Origin: Psammoneis japonica | Lineage: Eukaryota | NCBI GenBank assembly: GCA_008632985.1 | Contig: QPGO01000015.1 | Coordinates: 311,998-375,997 of the forward strand | Direction of reading: 5' to 3' | DNA length: 64,000 bases | In this document: positions 1-12,776 of the stretch, one piece after another | How the letters are laid out: every line of letters begins with the position of its first letter | Position numbering within the stretch: the stretch's first letter is position 1 | Translations under genes and position numbers: made by a program | The notes under the pieces: model-generated | Told to the model about the DNA's origin: nothing | The model's input: only the letters and a program-made list of their open reading frames with translations | Databases searched by the model: none

Positions 1-38
1 ATGACATCCTTTTATCCTGTCATCCAAACTTTGAAAAG

Positions 39-620
39 GATCTGGCGTCCGGATATTCCAAAAGCTTTGTCAAGATGATGTGGGAGCATACAGGGCTGCT
101 CGACAAGTCTGGGGATCTAATCGTTGTCGACTTTGGCTGCGGCACCGGTCTCCTTACAGAAGAGCTGCGGACTAGCGTATCACAGGTGGTTTGTATCGAC
201 GCTGCTCCCCAAATGGTAAAGCAAGTTGAGGAGAAGATTCGGGCTGGCGAATGGCGGAATGTTCGATCTTATTGTGCTGTTCTGGGTGACCCTAAATCAT
301 TCACTCAAGAGGTTCGTGATGTCCTGCAAGAGCTGAGAGGCAAAGTTGATCTTATTGCTGCCTCCTCTGTGTTGAGTTTTATCCCAGAGCAGGACATTGC
401 GGAAACAATGAAGGTCTTAGGTGAGCTTCTGCGTCCCGAAGGGCTTCTGTGTCATTCCGATTGGCCAAAGAGCGAGAAGCATCCCGACGGTTTCACGCCC
501 GAGAAAGCGAAAGGGGTGTACGAAATGGCAGGCCTCAATGAAAAATCGATGAAGGAAATATCAATGGTGATGGGTGATTACGAAGACCCGGTTTTTATTG
601 GCGTTGCCGTCAAGCAATGA
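39..620 (+). CDS. Class I SAM-dependent methyltransferase, last exon (5' part lies upstream of the window)
   Basis: Motif I 'VVDFGCGTG', motif II 'VCIDAAPQM' and 'LLRPEGLL'. An AG acceptor at 37-38 is in frame with ORF 75..620. Confidence 0.85.
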   Translation, partial: DLASGYSKSFVKMMWEHTGLLDKSGDLIVVDFGCGTGLLTEELRTSVSQVVCIDAAPQMVKQVEEKIRAGEWRNVRSYCAVLGDPKSFTQEVRDVLQELRGKVDLIAASSVLSFIPEQDIAETMKVLGELLRPEGLLCHSDWPKSEKHPDGFTPEKAKGVYEMAGLNEKSMKEISMVMGDYEDPVFIGVAVKQ

Positions 621-693
621 GCGAGAGAGCTTTTTGCATTTTAACTCAAACAAGTTTTTAGATAACCCGTAGAGACTTCGTGATCACACATTG

Positions 694-1991
694 TCACTGG
701 TTTGTTCGCAGATGTTCGTGGCTCAAAAGAAGTATTCCTGCTACTGTCAAGGAACCGCACGCAAGCCACTTAATAATCCTATTGAATCCCTGCACTTCAC
801 GGAAATAGAAAATTCCCCACAGACCAGCGACCAACAACTGCGATTGGACAATGCTGTAGCCGACACCCTCACCCAGATTTTGTACCGCCAGAATGGAGCA
901 AAAATTGCCTATGCTCCAAAGAAGTCCTGCTGTGGCTCCAGGTAGCCACATGATTCGAAGGTGGAAAGAAGGGAGAGCCGCAACCGAAGAGGATAGAGAC
1001 TTTGTGTTGAGGACATGGTACGAGAATCTAACAAACCACATGAGAATCAAAACCGTCGATGCTCCCACTGCAAAACTGATGATGTATCCAAGACCCTCGG
1101 CATCGCGTTTTGCGTAATGCATTGGGACAAGAATACTTCCGCCCCATATTCCATCGACGGCGGCACATACGAGCCCGACTCGATGAACATGCGCAGCAGC
1201 GGCACCACGCACAATTTGATATTCAGCTTCGCTTTCTTCCAATGAGATCTCAGCATCAGAACATTCTTCTACTGCAACTTCAGAAGCTACAACAGCATCA
1301 TCAGAGGAGATCAATGGCTTTCCAGCTCGCGTGATGGAGATGAGTCAGAACGATGCTCTGCAACGCTGTCATCACTGCTTGAATCTACTTGAGCAGGCGA
1401 AGAGAAATAACTCATACCCCACAACCCTATGATCATGAGTAGCACTGCTACAGTTGCAAACCATCGCTTTCTTACTTTCTCTCGGAAAACGAAAATACCC
1501 CAAACAAATGCCACCATGATTTTGAGAGTAGACCAAATTCCTTGACTCACCGCAAGGCCTGAGGTACGCACGGCGTAAATTCCCGCGGTCCCTCCAGGAA
1601 CCCAGAATAGACCCGAAACCAAACCCCACGGGGTGAATATTACTTTTTCTCCTGTCGTAGAACGAGAGATTCATATGGAGACTTTATAAGTACGGTCATT
1701 CGTCGATCTGCATCCACATTTTCATCGACAGCATGTACACGCAAATTTACCTAGGAGGACGACGGACCAACAAGTGAGGAAGCACATGCCTGTCTTGTAT
1801 GACTGCATCACTAGTGAATAGAAACAAGCAAAACAATGAGAAAAGAGGCAATTTCATCCTAATATGGCACCAGAAGACTCACCCAGCGGATCAATATTAA
1901 CGGAGTTGGCGGCTTCACCTTTGATCGGGACGGCGAACGAGCCAAAGGCCAAGCATGAAACGAAAGCTGCAATCCAACCGAAAGAACTCAT
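694..1991 (-). CDS. TMEM144-like / DMT-superfamily multi-pass sugar-transporter-like protein; spliced, with an apparent 1-nt frameshift near 1314
   Basis: ATG at 1991 gives 'MSSFGWIAAFVSCLAFGSFAVPIK', followed by an exon 'VMQSYKTGMCFLTCW'. Two homologous halves: 'GLAVSQGIWS...VWGIFVFRE' and 'GLLWSIGN...GVGYSIVQSQLLVAGLWGIFYFRE'. Confidence 0.75.
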
Positions 1992-2413
1992 TAGTAAATA
2001 AAAAGGAGAGTACCTGATCCCTCACATACGATACTCAAATGCAACAGTCGGGTCGGAAGCTTCAAGTGTGTTGATGGTGTGAAACTAGCATCATCATTGT
2101 GCCTACCTACGCCGGTACTGTGACAAGCCACGACCAGACCGACGAAGCGAAAAGCGAAATAATAAAAAGGCGGGAAACGCGGGCGGCGGGTTGACCGATT
2201 GGTCGTGACGTGAATGAGACATTTTGATTTATGTCCCTCTACTATGACATTTCTGGAAAGCGAACCGCTGAAGCGAACTCCATTCTTCCGCCACGAAACT
2301 TTCGTGCAAAAAATAAAACCCCGATCAAGATATGACATGTATGCGATACATAGAGCAGCGGCAGCGGCGACACAAGTTACAACTACTAACCGCACATTCG
2401 ATTCACAACTAGA

Positions 2414-3781
2414 ATGAGACAGACTACTCCAGTCATACATTTCTTTTGCACAGTTTTCCTATTGGGAATAGTCGGGTTCAACGAACCTCGGGTGGTCAAT
2501 TGCCAGGGTGACGACGGGAATAAAAAGTCGAGCCCTGATGAAGCGATTCATGGAATTCGTGGAGCCATTGTCCCTCTCAACGAATCATCCTTTATAAATC
2601 TCCGTACAACGAAAGAGCAATTGCTTGATCTCGGAGAGGATTTGTTCCTTCGAGAAACAACAATAGCATCGGCCGACGACATCGTCAGACCATTGTTCGC
2701 ACGTGCAGCATGTGATAGACTTGACCGACTGGAAGGGCTGGAAGAAATTAAGCATTCCCATGCTGAGGGATCTCTGCAACGCTCCATACTTTTCACAGAC
2801 TGCATGGATGCTCTTGAGAGAGCGCAACAATCTGTACGAAATCAATTTGGAAAGAGAACATGCACACCGGGTGAGAAAGACCTAATCCACGCAATGTGGA
2901 ATGTTGAAGGCGAAAGGACAACGCTGGCCAAGTCGGCTCTCCTTGGACTTTTGAGTATGGTTCGCTCATATCGACATGGTTGCGTCCACCTCAAAGTTTG
3001 GGTTGTAAACGAGAAAAGCAGACGTGCAATCGAATCTGAGTTGGGGAAGTTTCTGAAAACCGACTCGTTCACAGTGGAGCGATTAGACTTTGACAATTTG
3101 ATCGACCGCATTGCGCATCAGTATCCTGATCTCGAACCCTCTATTGCTGCCACTCGACATCATTTGGTCGAGTTGAACGATGGCGTGGAATCCATGGATC
3201 TTGCCGAATTCAGCAACGTTGTTCGCCTGCTCGTCTTGTCGGCGTACGGCGGGGTGTATCTTGACTGCAACATGATGCTGCTCAACCCATTGACTCCATT
3301 ACTATCTCAAGATTTCTACTACCAAGGCATAGATCGGCACATTGACACGTCTTTGATTCACTTGAGACTTGGGTCGCCAAATGCGCATGCCATTATGCAA
3401 TGGATATTCGAAGACACTTCATATGGATGGGAGAATCGACTTCGACAAAAGCTCTCTCCAGCACGTTTCGGTAACTCTGTCATGGAGGTGACTGAAAGCA
3501 TGGAGCTTCTACCTTCAGCTTACTTCGAGCCGCTGGGGGTAGTAGAGACCAGATATGTCGATGCTGCAATTGCTGCCACAGGTCGCTACGGTGTTAGCAA
3601 TTGTGGTCATTCGTTTTATGCGCGAGTGAGCCCCATAGACGATATTCAGGAAGACCCGATTCCTAACTTCTTTCCTGGAGTGTTTGCGTTCCATTTTGAG
3701 AATCAATGGAATACTCCATTTGTCCCAGGGAGTACAGCAGACCTTCTATTAGACGAGTATAAACACATGGAAGAAGAGTGA
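2414..3781 (+). CDS. GT32-like (alpha-1,4/DxD sugar-binding) glycosyltransferase with an N-terminal hydrophobic anchor
   Basis: 'LAEFSNVVRLLVLSAYGGVYLDCNMMLLNPL' matches the SD..R...L..YGG.YLD.D signature. C-terminal 'FAFHFENQWN'. Intronless 455 aa. Confidence 0.75.
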   Translation: MRQTTPVIHFFCTVFLLGIVGFNEPRVVNCQGDDGNKKSSPDEAIHGIRGAIVPLNESSFINLRTTKEQLLDLGEDLFLRETTIASADDIVRPLFARAACDRLDRLEGLEEIKHSHAEGSLQRSILFTDCMDALERAQQSVRNQFGKRTCTPGEKDLIHAMWNVEGERTTLAKSALLGLLSMVRSYRHGCVHLKVWVVNEKSRRAIESELGKFLKTDSFTVERLDFDNLIDRIAHQYPDLEPSIAATRHHLVELNDGVESMDLAEFSNVVRLLVLSAYGGVYLDCNMMLLNPLTPLLSQDFYYQGIDRHIDTSLIHLRLGSPNAHAIMQWIFEDTSYGWENRLRQKLSPARFGNSVMEVTESMELLPSAYFEPLGVVETRYVDAAIAATGRYGVSNCGHSFYARVSPIDDIQEDPIPNFFPGVFAFHFENQWNTPFVPGSTADLLLDEYKHMEEE

Positions 3782-4076
3782 GTAGCAAGTCGTACTCACT
3801 TTGTTCCTAACATACTTCTACTTAGAAGTACTTCCTCACGCATTCAGTTTAGCATCCACACCTAAATTAAATACATAATATTTATATTGAGTATACAGGT
3901 GTTTATACACATATTTCTTGAGATCCGCCGCGTGTGCTGCGGGCTGCGGGATGCGGGCCTCAAACACACCGGCGATCGGCAATGAACGCCGATTGCGACG
4001 ATCGCGAGGCATACTAAAAACAAGAGTAGAGGAGCGCACGACATCTTATTGCTTGCTTGCTGAAACGCGGAGAATC

Positions 4077-6553
4077 ATGTCATATTCACCACCTCGTAGC
4101 AACCCCGGAGTCCCCATTGTCGCAGAAAAGGATGCGACTGTCGTTCTTCCGCCACCGAGTTCCTCAAACCCTCTGCCGACTCTCCCTGCTGCGCTGCGGT
4201 TGGACAATCGAGAGCAGCTCGTATCTCTGCTCCAAACGGATCCAGCGGGTGATTCAAGCATGGCTTCGAAGCGGCAGGTGCTATTTTTCGCTACGGAGAG
4301 TTTGCGTACACTTTTATTGCGGCAGGTTCTCAGTGATCCGTCGACCCGGACTTACAAAGGAAAGAAGAATTGGGATAAGCGGAATGTGTTCCCATTGCCA
4401 CGCGGATTGGGGATAGTGGGGACAAGAGTCTTGCCACCCATCGGCGGTAATTCTCATTCAGGAAGTCATCGTGTGAGGATCGCTGCCGAACACCACGACG
4501 CTGCGGAGGTCTCTCTCCTAGCAGAATCTACCAGCGCTGAATCAGTCGAAGACGAGATGCCAGCAAACGTTGATGTTGCTACCTACTTCATTCGCCCTAC
4601 TCCCTTGACTCAGACTCAGAGTGTTGCTGCGCTGATTCGATCGTGGACTTCTAAGCATACCTATCACCGAATTGTCTACCTACCGCAACCTACAGCAGTT
4701 TGTCACAAGATTCTTACCAACCTCGGATTGAGCAACAAGCACAGCATGGTTTCGGTCCACAGGCTCCAAATGGATGTGTTTCCTTTGGAGACGGATGTCT
4801 TGTCATTGGAATTGGATGACGCTGCTCGACAGACCGAACTGGAGGGTACGCCGAGCAACGTTGTAACGACTGCTGCGCGAGCATTGTTGAAGCTTCAGGA
4901 TGTTGTCGGCAAAATTCCTAGAATTCAAGCAGTCGGCCCGACAGGAGAAGAGATTGTGAAAAAGCTGTTGGCTTTGACGGTAGACGAATATGTCGATGCT
5001 CAAGAAGAGAAGTCGGCCGTGGCAAGCGATTCCGACGATGGTGACGTTGCAGCTCTTATGGTGATTGATCGCAAGGTCGACATGGTCACCCCGATGCTCA
5101 CACCACTAACTTTTGAAGGCCTTTTGGACGATGCGATTGGTATTGATTGTGGGTAAGTTCAAGCATTTGGTTAACCCTGTGTCATTGTGTTTCTAGAAAA
5201 CGGCGGCTGACGTGCGTTGTTTTAGCTTTATTGATGTAAATGTCAACACCATCAACCCACCAGATGACGGTGACAAGAAACAGGGCGAAAATGAATTTGT
5301 GGCTTTGGCAATGCATGGATCGGACACTTTATATGCGGAAGTGCGTGATCAGCACGTGGAAAAGTTTGGGTCTTTCCTTCAAAATCAAGCAATTGCTCTC
5401 AAGGAGTCTCACGCAGAGTTCACGAGTAAGGGAAAGAAAAAGGATCTCACGGAAATCCATCAGTTCGTCAAGCAAATTCCCGTGAGTACCGGTAGGGCAT
5501 TGGCTTTGTCTATCAGCAAGTTTTTCTTTGAGCCTTGATCTAGCTCACCGACACGCGTTTTTGCTATGCCGCCAGGTATTCACGCAAAATCTACGGTAAG
5601 GCGGATTCATTCACGTTGTCGGCGACTGCAGACCAGCTCTCCCTTTCTTATGTTGTCTTCTCGCACGTTATTGTTCTTGTAGGTCTCTGACCAACCATAT
5701 CCACTTGGCGGAACTCGTAAAACGTAATACGGAGGAGTCGTCATTTAGGGAACGGTGGCAGACCGAACGATCCATGGTTGAAGGGGAACTCTGCTATGAT
5801 ATGTTGGAAGATCTTATTGCGACCCAGTATCCACCATTCCGGATACTTCGACTACTGTGTTTACAGTCTTTGTGCGGGGGAGGAATCAAATCTGCCAAGT
5901 ACGATCAATTGAGGCGGGATGTGGTGCAAGCATACGGGTAAGAGGTACATGTAGTCTTTCGAAGGTCGCCATTCAGCAAAGAGAAGACTCACAGATGCGT
6001 CTTCACTCGCACGCATTCTCAATCCAGATTCGAATTTCTTCTAGTTCTACATAATCTGGAGAAGGCCGGATTGCTCCGACGACGTGAAACCATTTGGATG
6101 GATTCAACTTCTCCGTTTAACTCCCTGAGGAAATCCCTGATTCTTATTAATGCAGAGGTTGACACTGTTGAACCTGATGACATTTCGTATGTGTCCAGTG
6201 GCTACGCGCCGCTCTCTGTTCGCATCATACAGACTGCAATACAGGGGTGGAAGGGCAAAGAAGAAGTCCTTAAAGAGTTACCAGGCCGTTTAGTCGACAT
6301 TACCCAGCAGCGCCCACCTGAAGAGTTGGCGACTGCCATGAAGCGTAGGCCCGGTGCAAGCCTGGGAGCGATGGTTGCAGCCAGTAGCAGCGGCAAAAAA
6401 CCTGTGTTATTGGTATTTTTCGTCGGTGGTGTAACATTTATGGAAATTGCGGCTTTGCGTTTCCTGAGCAAGCGGCAGTCCTTCCCGTACCATATTATTT
6501 GCTGCACAACCAAGATAATCAACGGGAAGTCGATGCTAGCTTCATTTAGTTAG
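4077..6553 (+). CDS. VPS33: Vacuolar protein sorting 33 (Sec1/Munc18 family); exons 4077-5152, 5226-5481, 5576-5595, 5683-5937, 6028-6553
   Basis: Motifs 'FPLETDVLSLEL', 'IDRKVDMVTPMLTPLTFEGLLD', 'SLTNHIHLAE', 'DISYVSSGYAPLSVR' and 'VFFVGGVTFMEIAALRFL'. All four GT-AG introns preserve frame. Confidence 0.93.
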
Positions 6554-6849
6554 AGATTTGTTTTCTTTAATCTGCGGTCGACTGATTCTTTGAACGAGAC
6601 AGACATATGACAGCAAACAAATAGCTACGAAGAAGATCTATTCCGTGCTCATTGAAACTCATGAATCAGATTTTTTGCCAATTCATCAGACGCAGATCAC
6701 ATCATCTTTTTCGCCGGGTCCCGCGTTTCGGGTTTTGTCTTCACCATTCGTGCCTGCAGTGCGGTAGGCCCTACTCTTTATGTCAAGCTGAAGCAAGTTG
6801 TGACGCTTCTTGGTCTGCCGGCGCCCGAAAACATTATGTTGTGGTCTGC

Positions 6850-9800
6850 TTGCGCCGCCGCTCTTCCTTCGCAGATTCTTTGTGTCGCATTTCCCGTTGC
6901 ACTGTCTTTCTTGACAGAAGGAAGACATGTCGATCCGGGAGTTTGAGAAAGGTCTCCGCGCATGTGCCTTGGATGAAACCAGTTTCATTCATTTTATTTT
7001 GTGGTTCGAGTGTGCCTTTGAATTGTGCGTGTCCCTTGTTGCACCCATGCGTGTCCCTCGTTGCGCCCATGGACACACAATTGAACAACAGGATGGATGG
7101 GCTTTGTTCAATCAGTGTCAGGTTGGTTGCCAACTGGCCTCCTGCTTCCAGCACAATCCTGCAGCATCTGCAGAGACTTCGAGTTGTTGTGCACACTGAA
7201 TTTTGCGGGGCAAAGCTTTTTCAATGCACGGGTCCAAATCTGCACCATGCACCATGTTGCATCCTTTCAAAAATCAACATCTGTCAGTGTTGACAGTGCT
7301 GCCTGTGCATTGCAAGTGTGTCACAATGGCACATGTCCATTGTGTTTTTTGCCCCTCTTGCCCTCATCATTTGCAGCTTGATCTGCTGCTCTCTTCTTTG
7401 GCGCATGCTCTTTTGTTGCTTTTTCAGATTGGCTCTGTTCTGAACACTGCTTTTGCACTTCCCTTTGCTCTGTGATCTGCAGCTTGCTTTCTGTGTGGCA
7501 TTTGGCTTTTGCTCTTGCACGGACAACCTTTTTCACAATGTTCTTCCATGTGCACTTCAGTGATGCAATGGCCAAAGGAGCAGCTTGTTGACAAAGGAAT
7601 TTCTCTGCCAGAGAAGATGTCAATGTCTGATGCTGGCATCAACAGATTGCCAGGTGGTGCAACAAAAACAAACCTCAATGAGTGATGCACCTGCCATCAT
7701 GCATTCATGGAGCAGCAAGGGTGAGATGGGCACTGCCATGGCAATGCAATGGAAAAAATGTCACTTGAGTGCATTGTCTGGCAAAAGCAACAGTGACTGA
7801 GGGAAGTTGCCTGGTGACTGCTCTTGTCATTGATGAGCAGGTGTGGGGTGTCTCACACAAACATTGTCATCACCAGATTGCAGATGCAGCCTGAGTCCCC
7901 ATCTCACTCAAAGTGGTTCAACACACCAACCGTTCAGTTCGTCTGATGGAAAACCCTGGGGAGCAGCATTTCTGGTGCTTGGCAATGTCCTGTCCAGATT
8001 TGCCTTTTTGACCTTCAAGTTGTGTTGGCAAGACACTTGCTTTTCAGCAAAACACACACCAGTTGCTGAGCAGGCTCTGGCTGTGGTGCCGTGAGGTGTG
8101 ATGCAATGACATTCTGACAAGCAGCATTTTGCAAATCTGTCAAAAACAAAACTGCATCTGTTTCAGTTTCCAATGTTGCCTCATGCTCCACAGCCATTTT
8201 TGCCTCATCTTTGTCAAACACTTCCACCAAGGACTTCTTTGGATCCTCCACCTCCGTTGCATCATTTTGGTTGTTGTGATGTTGAAAGGATCACATCAAT
8301 GTCACAATGACTGCATTGCACTGCACTTGGCTCTTCCACACTGGCAGGTTGGTGCTTGTGCAAACACATTTGAGAATTGAGCAATCATGTGACTCAGCTT
8401 CTGCTTTGTCAATCTCTGCTCAGAACTTTTGCATCAGCTTGCCATCTTTGTTGCAGTTGCATCACATGACCTTGGCCAACACTTTGCACTTTTCCCTGCA
8501 ATGTTTGCACAGGTTGAAGTGATTTTCAATGCAACTTTTGCAGTTGCTTGTTCTTGTCTTCTTGCACAATTTTCACAAGGCAGGTCATGTTGTGCTTGTT
8601 GGATGCACCAAGCATGCGGGTGCAATGCAAAAGCCTTCCTCACCTTCCTTTTTGTTTCAACTGCAGTCTTGGTGTCAGGTGCTGCCTTTGCACTGCAAGT
8701 TCATGAATGGAACAAAGTGGCTCCAATGGTGTTTGCATTTGCTCCATTGTCCAGTTGGCTGTTGCATCAATGTTTGTTTTTCAAGCATTGTTGCGTGTTG
8801 TGGCTGGTTTTCAGAAAAATCAAAAATTTTGAAATGCTCCACCCTGCAAAATTTGGCATGCAAAAACTCAAAACCTCTGCAGCCCACGGACATTTGCACT
8901 GGAAATGGGTGGCTTGACTTGCCAGCAACCAGTCTGACACTGACTGAACTGGGGCAAATTGCGGAAGCTGACAGCAGGCCCGTGGAGACCCACCTGTCCT
9001 GCTGATTTTGATTGCACATCATCCCCACCACAGTTGTGCCTTTGAGCAACAGTGCACAACTTTTGGATCAGCCACAGTCATTTTGTGGTCTTTCACTGCA
9101 CTGTTGCAGGAAAGTGCAGCCAGGGTTGCACTCACATCTGTCTCATCACATGCCACACAGAGTTGGTGCCAAGCATGTCAAATGCCTCACTTGGCATGAA
9201 CAAGAGAAAAAGTGGGTGTCTGCAGTTGATGCAGCATGAGAGTGAGGGGCAGTTGTCACACACAAGTTTGGATGTCTGTGCACACAAAATTTGAGTGGAC
9301 TCTCTGGTGGATGCATTGGTGTGGTTTTGTCATCTTGTCAGCTTGATCTTGACAGTGTCTGAGGGTGGGTGGTCAGCACTCAGTCTGGACAGGTGGAGCC
9401 CAATTGAGCTGTGATCTCTCAGCATCTGCAAAGGGACAGACCCACACCATCTTCCTGCTGGGGATGCCTGGAGAGAGCTGATCTGGGGTGTGGGGATGCA
9501 AGAGCCCCCTGGACAATGACGGGTCACCACCCACCCGCCCACTCGCCATTCAAGGGGGGTCATCCCCGTGTTTGTCCCAAAGTCACCATGGCATTTGAAC
9601 AAGGTCATTTGCTGGCATCTGTTTTTGAACACAAAAATTGTTCTCCTGTCATTGTTCACACCCAACTGCCGATGTTGCACAAAAACCAGAACATCAACCA
9701 CCACAATCGAAGCACGGTGATGACAGCAGCTGTCAGAACTTTGATGCACAAGAAGGCTCTCAGGAACACAAAGCAACAGCGAGAGTTTAAAGATGGGCCA

Positions 9801-10150
9801 CCTCCGCGGTGTGTGAAGCATGGTGAAACTCAGGAAAAACTGTGCAAAGCATGAGTGATTTAGCCAGATTCAAGCCAAAAACAAGCAGCAACCTGCCACT
9901 CTTAAAAAATGGTGCTCCAAATGTCGCCCCTGCAGAGTTTTGCATTTGCTCCAGTGCAAACCTTGCTGTGCTTTTCCACAGAGTGGTGGCGATTTTCACG
10001 ACCAAAAATGTGTGCCTCTCTTGCTGGTTGTCTCATGAAAGCCACCTCAGGTTGTTTAACACCACAAAACAGCCAGACACAATCATTAAAGCATGCTTTA
10101 AAACCACTGCCGGTACAGCAGTTTCAGTTGGGTCAAGTCAGGTGAGGATG
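6850..10150. mobile_element. Unidentified, heavily mutated 3.3 kb insertion (TpA- and CpG-depleted), probably a decayed minus-strand coding element
   Basis: Abrupt compositional shift to CA/TG-rich sequence between two ordinary genes. The fragmented ORFs are Tyr-poor and Cys/His-rich. No family motif recognised. Confidence 0.5.
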
Positions 10151-10459
10151 CGCGGACCTGTCCAGGTTTTGTCCCAATTCGGTCATTACGACTAACTCTT
10201 CTTTAAATATTTTACAGCGGATTTCCACGAAACCTCCAGTGTAGATAATGAGGTGTTCGTCGAGTCATAGGTCTTACTATTTTATATCAAGAAGAGACAG
10301 AATAATGACCGGAAGAGAATGTCGGAACGTCGTTCCAGAAGCACCGCAACGAGTGAACCGCCGAGTACGAAGTCGAGAGTTGATGACCAGATTATTCATG
10401 TTGTTGACAACCTCATAATTTGTGCTCGGCCCTCGGTAGTCGATTGATGCACTGTTGCA

Positions 10460-12486
10460 ATGACATCTTCCTTTGTGCTCTGGTTCTGCCTTGGATGCCT
10501 CATAAAAATGAGTGCGGCTCGGCAGCCAAACTTTGTTGTCTTTCAACCGGACGATCTTCCCTTTTTCGAACAATGGACTCCGCCTCCGCACTTTCCGACA
10601 CGCGGGGAGAGTATTGACTTACCTCCTGCTGGCCTACCACACATGGAGCGTCTTCGAAAAAAGGATTGGAAATGGAAAGGGCTTATGCGTAAGTAACGAA
10701 CAGCGGTAGTCAGGTACCGGAGGTGTGCGCCGCCAGGTCCGGGATGAATGATGTCGCGAAGAGTGAAGCTCATCTAGTGCACAAAACTTTTTCTTGTCAG
10801 AGCCTCGCCCATGTGCGGAACCTCACGATATTCCACCATTACAGGACGGTATCCATCCCGATCTGCTTATGGAAGGAATCAAAACTTTGACCAAGTTGTG
10901 GCGACCGTTACAATCCCAACAACAAAGCTGGAGGATGTCGACGAGGTTGTGGATGGAAACGATTGTAGCGAAAACAACATCGCAGCGCTTCTTTCGCAAA
11001 ATGGTTACCACACAGGAGTCGTCGGGAAGTGGCATCTCTCTCACATCGATAATGGGAGCTACAACTACACAATATTCCAAGAAGAAGTTCGTGCTTGTGG
11101 TTTCGACTTCGCCGAGGCTCTGTACGCTGAAAATATGCGTGGGTTTTGGCACGACGGCAGCTTCAACCACAACCAAGAATACGTCACAGCGATGGCCCTC
11201 GATTTTATGGATGAAGCCAAAAAAGCTGAGAAGCCGTTCTTTCTCTACATTAACCCGACCGTGCCTCATGCTAGCGGCAACGTTTATGATGCCTTGACAA
11301 AATTCGACTGTTCGGACACTCCGGCAGGGAAGCGAGATATTAGGCCAATCAAAACAATGACGGCAGGTACTACCTGTGAAGACTACCGGAAAAGTGTTAT
11401 CAAGCGTGCTGCGGGATCGCAGAGTAACATTGATCTGGGAGCCATTTGGGTTGATGACTCGGTTGGAGCTATTATCCAACACCTCGAAGACAACGTTGAG
11501 CTTAACAACACGTTTTTCCTCTTCCAGATCGACCACGGACGCGAAGGCAAAGGAACTCTCTACGAACCTGGCACTCGCATTGCTCAGTTCGTTCACTACC
11601 CAGACGGTTTCGGCACCCAAGGCAAGTCTTTCGATGGATTGGTTTCGACCATTGATGTTGGCCCGACGATCATGAGTTACGTGGGTATCAGCGACAAGTC
11701 CAACGGATACTATGAAATGGATGGTGAATCTTGGAGAAGTGCTGTCGAAGATGCTGCAGTCGCCACTCATTGGAAGGCTGACCGATGCTTGGCATTTGAG
11801 CTTGAACAGTCTCGCTCAATCACATGCGATTGCTACAAGTACCTTTCCATTTTTGACACCAGCTCTTCGAGCACAGCATGAAAAGGAAGCCGCAAGGGTA
11901 TGGCAGTTGGCGACGTGCTTCTGTTCAACCTATGCGACAGCAATAATGGAGAGTACCTGACGTCTAAAAGCACAAGTTCGGAGGCAACGGACATCAAAAG
12001 CTCTGAAATTTTGAAGCTTCAGGATATGAAAGAGCTACAAGACTGTCACCTTGATATGACCAATCCATCGTTGTTGCCTCGTTACTCAAAATGTGCAATA
12101 GAGAGTACGCCGCAACCAACGCTTGCTCCAACTGCCCCACTGTCTCTTCCTCCTTCACCAGGTCCTGTTACAAAGGCGACTTCTACTCCTGTTTCGTGCG
12201 AGGATGCAGCAGATGGAAGTTTCACTGGTCACAACGGTGTTGCGCGAACTTGCAAATGGGTTGGAAAGAAAGCGTGGCGGTGCAATTGAGGAAATTCGGA
12301 CGAAACTGTCCTGTCACTTGTGGGAATTGCCCTTCGGTTTCCTGTGTTGATGCACCGGATGGGAGTTTCTTCAGTAGCAACGGCAAAGCAAGAGATTGCG
12401 CCTGGGTTGGGAGAAAAAAGGTTCGGTGCAAGTCGCGTCGCTTTGGCAAGTACTATCCTGAAACGTGCGGGAGCTGCTCTGTTTAG
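10460..12486 (+). pseudogene. Secreted sulfatase with two C-terminal Cys-rich repeats, disrupted as assembled (frameshifts at about 10660 and 12285, in-frame TGA at 11879-11881)
   Basis: Signal peptide, 'QPNFVVFQPDDL', intron to 10800, 'ASPMCGTSRYSTITGRYP', 'GYHTGVVGKWHL', 'KPFFLYINPTVPH', 'DHG...KGTLYEPG.RI' and 'LVSTIDVGPTI'. Confidence 0.85.
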
Positions 12487-12776
12487 TCTTTATGCCGGAC
12501 ATAGTCTAGTGCGTGTGTCGCCTAATATGTAAAACAATCTAATCTGTGCGTTGCAATTCTGTCTCAATGTTGCAACAAACAACGCATTTAACACTAGTGT
12601 ACCAAGATAGTCCTGCAGTGCTTCGTTCTGCCAAGACCATAGGCCGGGACACTTACTCTACATTATCGCGAGAGCAGCTCTTCGAAGCCACTATCCCTAG
12701 CATATCTAGTATGGTTGTATGGCGCTTAAATAACTATTTGAAGTCGATAAGTTCAACAATGAAGACAACCTATCGC

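Noticed and set aside
10823..11770. 315-aa antisense ORF over the sulfatase (likewise 26978..28009 over INTS2 and 15950..16624 over PRP6)
   Set aside because: Shadow ORFs of well-supported opposite-strand genes, with no motifs of their own.
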